A stretch of 64,000 nt of DNA from Bacteroidia bacterium (GCA_033764335.1 JANRJC010000034.1:20899-84898), one strand, 5' to 3'. Shown: positions 1-9,734, numbered from the stretch's first letter. The notes: generated by a model not told the origin, from the sequence alone. Numbers and translations are program-made.

Positions 1-937
1 AAATGTGGAGGTGATGGGAATATTTCCTCCGGCAAAAATCATTTTTTCCGTAAACCGTTCGGCCCCCAGAGCCACAAATCCTCCTGCTTTGACGGCGTAA
101 CCACCTTCGAGAAAAACAATTTGTTCTGCCTGTACAATGGTCTGGTCGCTGCCCTCATCCCAGAACCGCCTTCCGGCTTCCAGTTTGGTGGTGAGGCGGG
201 GGTTCCAGTCGTTGATGCCGCCGAGGTAAACCGTACCGGCACCGCGGCTATTTTGTACGAGCGAAAAATTGTCGAGCGTAAGCGAATTGTCATACCTGGC
301 CCAGACGCGGTATTCTTTGGCGGGGCGCCAGCTAACCTGTGCAGCGCGAAAACCGATTTTATCGGTGCCCTGGAGGTTTGTATAACCGGCCCAGACATCC
401 GCTTCGAGCAGGGCGGGAGATTCCTGTACCCCTTGAAGGAAATGCGTAATTTCACTTCTTTGCGGAGCGAGTTCGAGCGTAGAGTCGAAATACAGGCGAG
501 CCTGTTTTTGTTTGCCGAGGGAAGCATAGGCTTGAGCAATCGCGAGAATATACTCATCCTGGAAAGGATTTTTGTCCAGCATGGCTTCGAAGCGGCGGAT
601 GGCTTCTTTTTCATTGCCTTCCCAGAGAGCTACGTAAGCGAGACCTTTTTCCCCTTCGGGATTTTCGGGGTAGAGAGAGACGAGTTGGTTGAAAAAAGAT
701 TTAGCGCGGGAATATTCACCGTTCCAGGCCAGCGTATAAGCCATACCCGAAAGAGCATCCGCATTTTTGGGATTTTCACGCAGAATTTGGGCAAAGAGAG
801 CCTTCGCCGGTTCAAATTCCTGATTCCAGGCATAATTAAAAGCCGTCTCCATACGAGAGGCAACTCCACTGTCCCCCTGAGCCAAAGAAACCGAAGACAG
901 CAGAAAACCGATCACTAAATTTACAATAACTTTCATG
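1..937 (-). CDS. Secreted TPR-repeat protein with beta-rich C-terminal region (partial; 3' end runs off the window)
   Basis: Absent from the ORF track because it is open to the window edge. Reading the reverse complement from the ATG at 935-937 gives MKVIVNLVIGFLLSSVSLAQGDSGVASRMETAFNYAWNQEFEPAKALFAQILRENPKNADALSGMAYTLAWNGEYSRAKSFF... This is a signal peptide followed by TPR-like helices, then a G/Y/W-rich strand-like region, with no stop down to position 1. The + strand ORF 121..918 is its antisense shadow. Confidence 0.75.
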
Positions 938-1102
938 AAATTAGGGTTTGATTCACAACAGACCATTGATTATTTGCCTCCAAAACTTTATGCCCTAAAA
1001 GTAGAAGGCTGTCCCAGCGGAAAGAAATAAACCTGACTGACTAGGGAAGAATGGTGTTTCAGGCGGGTTTTTGTATGAAAAAAATGAGTATTATGGCTCA
1101 CC

Positions 1103-1813
1103 ATGCTGAAAAAAATCCTCCCATACCTCCCGCCATTTCTGGCTGAACGGGTGAAGCAGTTCTCCATCGCCCGATACCGAAGGAAAATCGCCGGTAAAAC
1201 AGCGGAAGAAGTGTTTGAGTTCATCTACCGGGCGGGCATCTGGGGGACTCGGGAAGTAAAATCCGGTGGTGGAAGTACGGAGGATCAGACCCGGGAACTG
1301 GTCGAACAACTCCCCCTACTTCTGGAAAAGTATGGTATTAAAACTTTACTGGATATCCCCTGCGGAGATTTCTCGTGGATGTGTCGGGTGGATTTACAGG
1401 GAATTGATTACACCGGCGGGGATATCGTGGAAAAAATTGTTGCGGAAAATCAAAAAAAATATTCGGCCCCCAACCGGCGATTTCTGAAAATGAATATCCT
1501 GGAAGACCCGCTACCCGCCGTAGCGTTGATTTTGTGCAGGGATTGTTTTGTCCATTTCCCCATTTCCCTGATTATACAAAGCCTGGACAATATCCGCAAA
1601 AGTGGTAGTCGCTACCTGTTGGTTACTTCTTTTCCCGAAACGACTCTCAACGAGGATATACAAATGGGCGAATGGCGCAGGCTGAATATGGAACGCGAGC
1701 CTTTTAACCTGAAACCGATTGCCATGATTGACGAAAAATGTACGGAAGGCAATGGGCGTTTTAGAGACAAAAGTCTATTGCTGATTGATCTTCTCCAACC
1801 CTCTGAGAAATAA
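1103..1813 (+). CDS. Class I SAM-dependent methyltransferase
   Basis: 236-aa ORF with a Rossmann-type SAM motif I region (KTLLDIPCGDFSWM) followed by acidic and hydrophobic post-motifs (YTGGDIVEKIV, ILCRDCFVHF). Confidence 0.65.
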   Translation: MLKKILPYLPPFLAERVKQFSIARYRRKIAGKTAEEVFEFIYRAGIWGTREVKSGGGSTEDQTRELVEQLPLLLEKYGIKTLLDIPCGDFSWMCRVDLQGIDYTGGDIVEKIVAENQKKYSAPNRRFLKMNILEDPLPAVALILCRDCFVHFPISLIIQSLDNIRKSGSRYLLVTSFPETTLNEDIQMGEWRRLNMEREPFNLKPIAMIDEKCTEGNGRFRDKSLLLIDLLQPSEK

Positions 1814-1819
1814 CGAAAC

Positions 1820-1866
1820 AACCCTAAACCCAAACCCCTAAACCCTAAACCCCAAACCCTATAACC
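1820..1866. repeat. Degenerate telomere-like heptad tract (CCCTAAA-like, about 6 units); G-tract-rich on the minus strand
   Basis: Direct reading: aaccctaaacccaaacccctaaaccctaaaccccaaaccctataacc. It lies between the methyltransferase stop (1813) and the AraC-family start (1874). Confidence 0.9.
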
Positions 1867-1873
1867 GGTTGAA

Positions 1874-2680
1874 ATGGATCAAAGAATAGAAAAAACCATT
1901 TTATTTATTTCCAAGAACTTCCGGCGAGAATTGTTGCTGGAAGAACTGGCGGATGTGGCCTGTTTGTCAAAATTTCACTTCCAGAAACTCTTTAAGAAGG
2001 AAACCGGGCGTTCCCCCCTCCAATATGCCCATACCATCCGCATAGAATATGCTGCGCATTTCCTCGTGATGTATCCCGGCTGCACACAAACAGATGTCGC
2101 ATTTGAATGCGGTTTTTCATCCCCTGCGGTGTTTTCAAGGTCGTTTAAGCAGTTTTATGATACCACACCTTCGGCTTTTCAAAAGAAAAAAGCGGTTCAT
2201 ACCCAAGTAACGGGTCCGATAAGTGAAGTGAAACTGCCGGTTACGTACCTTGAAAAGAAAACCATCAGGGTTTTTCGTTCTACGCTTGAAATTGGCCACG
2301 TAGTAAAATTGTACGACAACCTGATTCAGGCTTTGGACAAACCGGCGTATGCTTATGGCATTTATCTGGATGCCCCGATGCATAAAAAACCAGAGCATTG
2401 CCGATATTATGCAGGTTTGGAAAAAAATGCAGGCGAAAAACAACATCCGGATGATTCCTATGAAATAGAAGAAGGTTACTACACTTTTTTTAATATTTCG
2501 GGTAACTTCCAGCAGGTTGGAAATCAACTGATTGAATTTAAAAAAAGGCAAATTGATCCTTCCTCTTACAGGATTAGTTCGCTGATTGGATTTGAAAGAA
2601 TCCGCCTTCCGGTTAATGCTTCGGATTTTGATTTTCTCTCCGTGCAGAGAACCATTTTCATAAAAATTGAAAGAGCATAG
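1874..2680 (+). CDS. AraC-family transcriptional regulator with C-terminal GyrI-like effector-binding domain
   Basis: N-terminal AraC double HTH (LEELADVACLSKFHFQKLFKKETGRSPLQY ... VAFECGFSSPAVFSRSFKQFYDTTPSAF). The roughly 150-aa C-terminal region resembles GyrI/SbmC-type ligand domains (YAYGIYLDAP...YYAGLE). Confidence 0.8.
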   Translation: MDQRIEKTILFISKNFRRELLLEELADVACLSKFHFQKLFKKETGRSPLQYAHTIRIEYAAHFLVMYPGCTQTDVAFECGFSSPAVFSRSFKQFYDTTPSAFQKKKAVHTQVTGPISEVKLPVTYLEKKTIRVFRSTLEIGHVVKLYDNLIQALDKPAYAYGIYLDAPMHKKPEHCRYYAGLEKNAGEKQHPDDSYEIEEGYYTFFNISGNFQQVGNQLIEFKKRQIDPSSYRISSLIGFERIRLPVNASDFDFLSVQRTIFIKIERA

Positions 2681-2778
2681 CAAGAATTGCAAAGAAAGTG
2701 ATTCCGGCGGCGCCTAGCTTTGTGTCAGTAAATATCACGGAGAATATCGTTTTTCCCGTACTATAATGCAATCAAAAA

Positions 2779-3459
2779 ATGACACAAATTGCCATTTCCG
2801 TTCAAAATGTTACAAAAACATTCAACTCCGGAGACAGACATTTTACCGCTTTAAACGCTATTGACCTAGACATAAAAGCCGGTGAATATCTGGCCATCAC
2901 CGGTAAATCGGGGAGTGGGAAGTCCACCCTTCTGAATATGATTACGGGCATAGACCATCCCACATCGGGAACCATAAAAATCCACAATACCGAACTGGGC
3001 AACATGAATGAACACCAGCTTTCCCGGTGGCGTGGCGAAAATATCGGGATTGTATTTCAGTTTTTTCAACTGATCCCTACGCTTACAATCGGTGAAAACC
3101 TGCTATTGGCCATGGAGTTTGTAGGGGTCATCCCCAAAAAAGAAAGAAAGGAAAGGGTAAAAGCCCTCCTTGCAAAGGTCGGCATTGAAAGCCAGACCGA
3201 TAAAATGCCCGCCTCACTTTCCGGAGGCGAACAGCAGCGTGCGGCCATTGCCCGCGCCCTGGTCAATGACCCCCGGATCATCGTTGCAGACGAACCTACG
3301 GGAAATCTGGACAGTGAAAATACCGCCGCGGTACATAACCTTTTACAGTCTCTGGCTGCATCCGGAAAAACGGTAGTTGTAGTTACACACGAAGTGCATG
3401 CCGAAACCCGTTTCGACCGAACACTAACAATGTCTGATGGTAAAATTCTAACTACTTAA
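2779..3459 (+). CDS. ABC transporter ATP-binding protein (MacB/LolD-type)
   Basis: Walker A GKSGSGKST, Q-loop, ABC signature LSGGEQQR, Walker B IIVADEPTGNLD, H-loop VTHE. Confidence 0.95.
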   Translation: MTQIAISVQNVTKTFNSGDRHFTALNAIDLDIKAGEYLAITGKSGSGKSTLLNMITGIDHPTSGTIKIHNTELGNMNEHQLSRWRGENIGIVFQFFQLIPTLTIGENLLLAMEFVGVIPKKERKERVKALLAKVGIESQTDKMPASLSGGEQQRAAIARALVNDPRIIVADEPTGNLDSENTAAVHNLLQSLAASGKTVVVVTHEVHAETRFDRTLTMSDGKILTT

Positions 3460-3477
3460 AATCTCCATTCATTTGCC

Positions 3478-5856
3478 ATGAGTATGAAATTTATAAAAGC
3501 CATCCGAGAGTTGCAAACACATCCTGGACGCACTTTTCTGGCTGTATTTGCCCTGATTCTTGGAATCTGGGGGGCAGGTTCGGTTTTTGTATCCTACTAT
3601 ATCCTGACCCGTGATCTGAATCAGAATTTTCAACGCACCCTTCCCGCACATCTTATTCTGGAATCCGATGATTTTTCCGGACTCAACCTCCGCGAATTCC
3701 GGCAACGCCCCGAGGTCGAATCCGCAGAATTTAGAGACTTCTCTTTACATCGGATAGAAACCTATCCGGATGTATGGGTGCCAGTGCTTTTGTACGGAGT
3801 GGAAAACTTCGAATCTTTTGAAATCGCAAGGGTTTTTCATCAAGAAGGAGCCATCCATCCGCCCTTAGGCAGCATCCTGATGGAACGCGACGGCAAATTA
3901 ATCTCGGATATACACACCGGCGCATCTCCCCGGATGAGAGTGGGAAGTAAAGTAGTAAATGTACCGGTAAGCGGTATTTGTTTTGACCCGGCACAGGCAC
4001 CGGCTACTCAGGATCATATTATTTACGCCTATACCGAAAAGGATTCCTATGCTGCTCTTACGGGATTATCTGTCAATCACCGCCTGATTATTCGCTTGAA
4101 AGGGGTTTCCTCCGCGAAGGAGGTGAAAGACCGGGCAGATGTTATGATTGCGGCTTTGGGGAAAAAAGGAATTTCTATGACCCGCACAAGTATCCCGTTG
4201 TTTAATGAGCACCCGCACCAATGGCAACTCAATACCCTGCTGTTTGTGATAGGTTCGGTCGGATTTCTTGCGTTTCTGATGGGAGCGGTTTTGGTTTCTC
4301 AACTTATGCAATCTATCATGGCAGGACAAATCCGGCAGATCGGGATCATGAAGTCGCTGGGTGCAACCCCCTTCCATGTATTCCAGATTTATACATTCAT
4401 GCTTCTGATAATGGGACTGACAGCGAGTCTGGTGGCCGTTCCGGCTTCTGTGATTACAGGCGTCCAGTTTTCGAGGTTTGTGGCAAAAATTCTGAATTTT
4501 GATATCCTCTCCGTGGTTCCGGTGTATATATATCTTTTGCTGGTGATGGCGGGTCTTTTACTTCCGCTGGTACTATCCTTTCCCCTACTGATAAGGGGTA
4601 CAAAAACTTCCGTTTTGAAAGCGGTCAGAGATTACGGTATTTCTGCAGGCATTTCAGGGTTAAACGGGAAATTTCAAAAGATCACGCAGTTTCCCTGGCT
4701 GACGGGTTCATTTATTCTTGCGGTGAGAAATTCGGCACGAAACAGCCGGAGGCTTGCTGCAACAATTATTACCATGTCTCTGGGCGTTGCCATTTTCAGC
4801 ACGGGCTTTAATGTCAGGCAATCGCTCTGGAACTTACTCACTGACCTGGAAAACGAGCTCAGATATGACGTACAGGTGGTTTTAGGCGAAAAGATAACCC
4901 AAGAAGCGGCGATGTTGCCTTTTGAAAACCTTGTCAATGTAAAAACGGTACAGGCCTGGAGCGGCGGAAGCGGGGTTATACAGTCAGACGTTATGGCGAC
5001 GAATACAACCGCGGGCATTGTTGCCTTGCCATATAATACGGATTTGTTGAAGCCCCGAATCATCAATGGCAGATGGTTGCAAAAGTCGGATGAAACCGAA
5101 GTTGTACTTAATCAGCAGGCCTGGCAACTGTACAATTTTCCGGAGCCGGGGGCAGATATTGAATTAACCGTAGGTGATTCTTCGGCTGTGGTGCGGGTAG
5201 TGGGAATTGTGGAACAATTTGACAAAGCAAAAGTATTTATGGATAGGGCAAAATACGATGCCGCTTTTAATCCCGCTCACCTTGTCAACACCCTTACCTT
5301 TGCTGCGCAGAACGATGATTATGAGCAAGTGATAACCCTCAAAAAGGAAATCGAAAAAGCGATACTCACCTCAGATCTGGATGTGCTTTATGTGATGACC
5401 AATGCCGGAAGAGTGAGGGTGATTTATGCCCATTTGAACATTATCCTAAGCACAATTTTAATTCTGTCTTTTTTGGTTTTGCTCGTTAGCGCGGTGGGAA
5501 TGGCTTCCACCACAACGATCAATATTGGCGAAAGAACCCGGGAGATCGGCGTTATGCGGGCAATAGGCGCGACACCGCAAAAAATTTATTCGTTGTTTAC
5601 AAACGAAGGAATGATTGTGAGTGTAAGCAGTATTATTCTGGGCTTAATCCTGGCATACCCGCTAAGTCAGGCGGCCTCTGTATTTTTTGGCAGACTAATG
5701 TTGGGAGAACAAGCGATACTCCGGTACGCCTTCAGTCCATGGGGATTCGGGATTACGCTGATGATCACGCTTTTGTTTGGCTGGATGGCCAGCCGGCTAC
5801 CTGCCGTGAGTGCCGTAACTAAGATTTCGACAAGAGAAGCCCTGGCTTATGGTTAA
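3478..5856 (+). CDS. ABC transporter permease, FtsX/MacB-like with duplicated FtsX domains
   Basis: 792 aa. It has two blocks of TM helices with FtsX-type loops (IGIMKSLGATP... and IGVMRAIGATPQKI) separated by large extracytoplasmic domains. It lies directly downstream of the ATPase. Confidence 0.9.
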   Translation: MSMKFIKAIRELQTHPGRTFLAVFALILGIWGAGSVFVSYYILTRDLNQNFQRTLPAHLILESDDFSGLNLREFRQRPEVESAEFRDFSLHRIETYPDVWVPVLLYGVENFESFEIARVFHQEGAIHPPLGSILMERDGKLISDIHTGASPRMRVGSKVVNVPVSGICFDPAQAPATQDHIIYAYTEKDSYAALTGLSVNHRLIIRLKGVSSAKEVKDRADVMIAALGKKGISMTRTSIPLFNEHPHQWQLNTLLFVIGSVGFLAFLMGAVLVSQLMQSIMAGQIRQIGIMKSLGATPFHVFQIYTFMLLIMGLTASLVAVPASVITGVQFSRFVAKILNFDILSVVPVYIYLLLVMAGLLLPLVLSFPLLIRGTKTSVLKAVRDYGISAGISGLNGKFQKITQFPWLTGSFILAVRNSARNSRRLAATIITMSLGVAIFSTGFNVRQSLWNLLTDLENELRYDVQVVLGEKITQEAAMLPFENLVNVKTVQAWSGGSGVIQSDVMATNTTAGIVALPYNTDLLKPRIINGRWLQKSDETEVVLNQQAWQLYNFPEPGADIELTVGDSSAVVRVVGIVEQFDKAKVFMDRAKYDAAFNPAHLVNTLTFAAQNDDYEQVITLKKEIEKAILTSDLDVLYVMTNAGRVRVIYAHLNIILSTILILSFLVLLVSAVGMASTTTINIGERTREIGVMRAIGATPQKIYSLFTNEGMIVSVSSIILGLILAYPLSQAASVFFGRLMLGEQAILRYAFSPWGFGITLMITLLFGWMASRLPAVSAVTKISTREALAYG

Positions 5857-5903
5857 AGAGATTATCTCTTCTGCGTGAGGCAGCACAGTTTTCCCCAAAT
5901 TTA

Positions 5904-5949
5904 TGTAGCTAACTACACAGATTTTGCTAAATTTGTGTAGTTAGCTACA
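5904..5949. repeat. Inverted repeat (16-bp perfect arms tgtagctaactacaca / tgtgtagttagctaca, 14-bp spacer) just upstream of an ATPase gene relic
   Basis: Direct reading. With flanks, the arms extend to about 22 bp with one mismatch. Confidence 0.9.
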
Positions 5950-5955
5950 CAAATT

Positions 5956-6024
5956 ATGATTCGACGCGAAATTCAGCCGCAGATTGAGCGATGGCTTTTC
6001 AGGGGGAAAATTCTGACTATTCCC
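5956..6024 (+). pseudogene. Relic of the 5' end of an AAA_14/DUF4143-type ATPase gene
   Basis: ATG at 5956 gives MIRREIQPQIERWLFRGKILTI..., which resembles the characteristic N-terminus of this ATPase family just before the Walker A. The family-like sequence is lost after about 22 codons, no GPRQxGKS follows, and the frame runs into the 3' end of the convergent EEP gene. Confidence 0.5.
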
Positions 6025-6918
6025 CTACTCCACATCCACCACAACCGGCAAATGGTCTGAAACAACTTCTGTCGTATCATTTGCAATAATCTCCGCACGG
6101 CGCACACGAGAGTGTAACACGTCATTCACAAAAATATAGTCCAACCGCCGACGCGCACCGTGATTTTCTTCCTTCACCAGCAAGCCCGGAAAAGTGCCGG
6201 TAAACGTATAATCCTCTCCCCGAAATGAATGCTCCATATCGGTAAATCCTGCTGCCTCCAGCAGGGCCAATGGCGTATAGTCCAGTTTCCCTTCCCGCAG
6301 GTTTTTCGCCTGCGCATTGGCGGAGTCCAGCCCCGCAAAAAAAGGCTCCAGCAATCCATGAGCATAATAGATCGAGTCGTGTAAACTGAATGTATTAAAA
6401 TCGCCTGCCAGCATTACAGGGGCATCGTCGGGCAGAGTAGCAATATCCGCAAGTATTTTTTCCATTTCCCTGATTCGAAACTCCCAGTTGGAGGGATGAA
6501 GGTGAATGCAATACAAATACATATCCCTGATTTTTACCCGAATCAGTCCGTGGTGAAACCCTTCCTCTGTCCGCACAATGTCCTCCAAAGGATAACGGGA
6601 AGTGATGCCCGTAGGGAAGCCATTTTCCTTAAGCAGTACAGAATAGGCATGCCCCCAGCTTGTTGCTTCTTCTTGTAATTGTTCGGGGGTGTATTCATTC
6701 AATTCCTGAAGGCAGACGATATCAGGCTTTTGAGCCTGCATCCATGCGAGCCATTGGGTTTTGCGTTCGGGTTTTTTTGTAAATCCGTAATATACATTGT
6801 GGGTAATCAGACGAAGGGAGGAATCCGCCGTCTGTTCCGCAGAAGGCGGACAGGAAGAGGCAGACAGAATCAGTATTATTGAAGGAATGAAGAGCCAAAG
6901 ACGGTAATTGGAAAACAT
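6025..6918 (-). CDS. Secreted endonuclease/exonuclease/phosphatase (EEP) family protein
   Basis: Signal peptide (MFSNYRLWLFIPSIILILSASSC), then EEP motifs: LRLITHNV, DIVCLQEL, AGDFNT, and a C-terminal SDHLPVVVD. Confidence 0.85.
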   Translation of the reverse strand: MFSNYRLWLFIPSIILILSASSCPPSAEQTADSSLRLITHNVYYGFTKKPERKTQWLAWMQAQKPDIVCLQELNEYTPEQLQEEATSWGHAYSVLLKENGFPTGITSRYPLEDIVRTEEGFHHGLIRVKIRDMYLYCIHLHPSNWEFRIREMEKILADIATLPDDAPVMLAGDFNTFSLHDSIYYAHGLLEPFFAGLDSANAQAKNLREGKLDYTPLALLEAAGFTDMEHSFRGEDYTFTGTFPGLLVKEENHGARRRLDYIFVNDVLHSRVRRAEIIANDTTEVVSDHLPVVVDVE

Positions 6919-7007
6919 AAGAATCTGGTTTTTGATACTGAGAATCCGTTAGCGTGAATATAACCGGAAAATATGGAGTTTTTCCCGATGTGCCGTATCT
7001 TCATGTT

Positions 7008-7439
7008 ATGAAAAAAACGATCCTCCTCTACGGACTACTCATGGCGGCCCTTGTCTGGCTGCTCAAGTACCTGGACTATCGTTTTCTGGTGCGGGACATT
7101 TCCATGGAAATTTACATGGGTCTTATTGCCTCGCTTTTTACGGGTGTGGGCATCTGGATGGGGCTGAAGCTGACACGGCCCAAAGTGGCGGTTCCACCGG
7201 CGGTGATGGAAAAATTTACGCCCCAGGCCGACCGCCTCGAAACCCTCGGTATCAGCCCCCGCGAGTACGAAGTGCTCGAACTCCTGGCCCAAGGCCTGTC
7301 CAATCAGGAAATCGCCGACAAACTGTTTGTTTCCCTCAATACTGTCAAAACCCATACTTCCAACCTTTTTACCAAACTCGAAGCCCGACGCCGCACGCAG
7401 GCTGTACAACGCGCCAAAGAACTGGGTGTCCTTCCCTGA
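7008..7439 (+). CDS. Membrane-anchored LuxR-family HTH transcriptional regulator
   Basis: Two predicted TM helices (ILLYGLLMAALVWLL; IYMGLIASLFTGVGIWMGL), then a LuxR/GerE HTH (SPREYEVLELLAQGLSNQEIADKLFVSLNTVKTHTSNLFTKL). The ATG at 7008 is preferred over the GTG at 6954. Confidence 0.8.
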   Translation: MKKTILLYGLLMAALVWLLKYLDYRFLVRDISMEIYMGLIASLFTGVGIWMGLKLTRPKVAVPPAVMEKFTPQADRLETLGISPREYEVLELLAQGLSNQEIADKLFVSLNTVKTHTSNLFTKLEARRRTQAVQRAKELGVLP

Positions 7440-7559
7440 TTTTTCCTCCTCCGAAAGAGTGATTTCCACCCCCAATCTGCAAATCACCTGAAAGTATGAG
7501 AGAAATATCCGCAGGTAAACCCTATTTAGCGGCAACATTTTCACTAAACATTTAAAGTC

Positions 7560-8102
7560 ATGAGAAAAATTGTACTGATTTTCGGAAGCATCGCAGGGCT
7601 TATCTGCGGACTTATGTTTTTCATCAACCACCCCGGCGATGATGTCTCGACAATGGACATGGACAGAGGCATGATCATCGGTTATGCCACCATGATCATT
7701 TCGCTTTCGGGCATTTTTTTCGCGGTGCGGCAATACCGGGACAAGTATCTGGGAGGCACAATTTCTTTCGGCAAATCCTTTCTGATAGGCCTTTATATCA
7801 CGCTGGTAGCATCGGTGATTTATGTAGTTGCCTGGGAAATTTATTACACCAACTTCGGGAGCAATTTTGGCGAAGTATATGTCGAATACCAAAAACAAAA
7901 ATGGACCGAAGAAGGCATGAGCACCGCCGACATAGAAAAAAACATCGCCGAACAACAAGGCATGATGGACACCTACAAAACCAATATGCCCTTCCGCCTG
8001 GCCCTCACCTTCACCGAAATTTTCCCCGTGGGACTGATCATCTCGCTGATATGCGCCGTGATTTTTGGGGTGGTTTTGAGGAAATCGTCTCAGTCAGTCT
8101 GA
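7560..8102 (+). CDS. DUF4199-like small integral membrane protein
   Basis: 180 aa with four hydrophobic helices and an amphipathic middle. Size and topology are typical of Bacteroidota DUF4199 proteins. The assignment is by resemblance only. Confidence 0.55.
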   Translation: MRKIVLIFGSIAGLICGLMFFINHPGDDVSTMDMDRGMIIGYATMIISLSGIFFAVRQYRDKYLGGTISFGKSFLIGLYITLVASVIYVVAWEIYYTNFGSNFGEVYVEYQKQKWTEEGMSTADIEKNIAEQQGMMDTYKTNMPFRLALTFTEIFPVGLIISLICAVIFGVVLRKSSQSV

Positions 8103-8337
8103 AATTAGGCGAATACGATTGGACTTAATCACTTATCGAAAAATACACCCCAAAACTAGAGACAAGTTTTAGGGACAGCTACCATAAACAGGTATATCAG
8201 AATATCATCCGACTCGCCCGGAAAATACTTATCTTGCAACCCCACAATCCCCAAACAAAGGAGCTGGCTTCTGGGACAATTAGAGAAGGGGCGGCAGTAA
8301 CTAAAGCCGAGCCATTCAAAAAAAGTAAAATTAAAAG

Positions 8338-9006
8338 ATGTACAATTTCTCATACTTTAAAGAAAAAGAAAAGCAAACCATTTTGGATTTCATGGAGGAA
8401 AATCCGTTTGCTTTTCTGACGGGGAGTTACTTATCGGGCGCACAAGTGGCTACTCAGATACCCGTTTTGTTTGAAGAAAGAAATGGCGAACTGTTTTTGC
8501 AAGGCCACATTATGCGAAATACTGACCATCATAAGGCTTTCGCTGAAAATCCAAACGCTTTAGTGGTGTTTACGGGGCCGAGTACTTATGTAAGTGCTTC
8601 GTGGTATAACAACCCGCAGATAGGGTCAACCTGGAATTACATGAGTGTTCACATAAGCGGGCAGGTGACTTTTATGTCTTCCGATGAATTAATCGCGTTT
8701 ATGCGAAAATTTACCCTGAAATTTGAAAAGGGCAATACACAGTCGCTGACGATTTACGACAATCTCCCCGAAAATTTTTTAGGTAAAATGATGCCGGCAA
8801 TTGTGGGTTTTGAGATTAAGGCGGAGAAAATGGACAATGTCTTTAAACTAAGCCAAAATAGAGATGAAAAGAGTTATCTGAATATCATTTCAAAATTGGA
8901 AGAACAAGGCGGAAATAGTGCTTTGATTGCTTTGGAAATGAAAAAAAGAAGAGCAAAACTATTCCCACCCGGTGTGGAATGGGACGGATCAAAATTTGAT
9001 TCTTAA
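8338..9006 (+). CDS. FMN-binding negative transcriptional regulator (PaiB family)
   Basis: 222 aa. The N-terminus MYNFSYFKEKEKQTILDFMEENPFAFLTGS and the later GHIMRNTDHHKAF ... FKLSQNR are typical of PaiB-like proteins. Confidence 0.7.
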   Translation: MYNFSYFKEKEKQTILDFMEENPFAFLTGSYLSGAQVATQIPVLFEERNGELFLQGHIMRNTDHHKAFAENPNALVVFTGPSTYVSASWYNNPQIGSTWNYMSVHISGQVTFMSSDELIAFMRKFTLKFEKGNTQSLTIYDNLPENFLGKMMPAIVGFEIKAEKMDNVFKLSQNRDEKSYLNIISKLEEQGGNSALIALEMKKRRAKLFPPGVEWDGSKFDS

Positions 9007-9045
9007 AAGCGTTTTTATTTATCTCAAACTTACAAAAAATCAAAG

Positions 9046-9706
9046 CTACTCCGGTCTCAAAAAGGCTTGATAGTTTTCGGGGTTTACTATTGTTAGCGAC
9101 GTTCCGGGATAGGCTTCGGTAAAACTGCCGGGAAGGCGGGACTGCTTTTTTGCATTCCACTTAAATTCGTAAGCGTGCAGCGCACCGTCATATTCCTCCA
9201 GATAATCAATTTCCTGCTGATTTACGGTTCTCCAAAAGTAGGTTTTTCCGTAAAACTTGTGAAACAAGTTGCGTTTATGGCGTTCGCTCACTAGAAAATT
9301 TTCCCAAAGGCCTCCTATGTCCGTGCGCAATTCCGGTGGCCGATAGTCTCCGATGACTGCATTCCGGATACCATTATCGTAGAAATAAATCTTCCGGCTT
9401 TTTTTCAGTTCTGTCAAGAATAATTTTTAAAGTCAAGCCGATATTTTTCACCCGCTGTGCTTCATCAATCATCAGCAGTTCCGCATTTCCCACCACATTT
9501 TGAAGGTTGGGCAACATCTGTATCTCCAACCTTGCCCTCACAGCGGCATCATCACAATCTAACCGTAGTACCCGAAAATTACTTCGCCGGGCGGCTTCCT
9601 CCAGAATGGTGGACTTTCCCGCCTGCCGTGGCCCTAATAATAGTACCGCTTTACCGGGCACAAGCTTTTCCTCAATCGTTTTCAATAAAACCCGATCTAT
9701 GTACAT
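9046..9706 (-). pseudogene. AAA_14/DUF4143 ATPase, internally deleted and frameshifted
   Basis: ORF 9374..9706 encodes the N-terminal P-loop part (LLLGPRQAGKST ... LLMIDEAQ). ORF 9046..9417, in another frame, encodes the DUF4143-like C-terminus (KIYFYDNGIRNA ... YFWRT..QEIDYL). Together they span only about 220 codons, which is shorter than intact family members as I recall them, and the two parts overlap out of frame. Confidence 0.7.
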
Positions 9707-9734
9707 GGCTTTTGTTTAGATCAAACAAACGAAT

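Noticed and set aside
121-918. 265-aa + strand ORF at the left edge
   Set aside because: It is the antisense shadow of a much more convincing minus-strand gene (1..937) with a signal peptide and TPR repeats. The + frame translation is low-complexity (G/R/F-rich) with no motifs.
1820-1866. Telomere-type CCCTAAA repeats as evidence of eukaryotic (plant) contamination or a linear replicon end
   Set aside because: The tract is only about 47 nt and degenerate. It is embedded between two ordinary bacterial genes with normal spacing. It is kept as a repeat/G4 candidate only.
7035-7958. 307-aa minus-strand ORF
   Set aside because: It spans the intergenic gap and runs antisense to two well-supported + strand genes (LuxR-type regulator and DUF4199-like protein). 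Its composition is R/H/G/F-rich and unlike real proteins.
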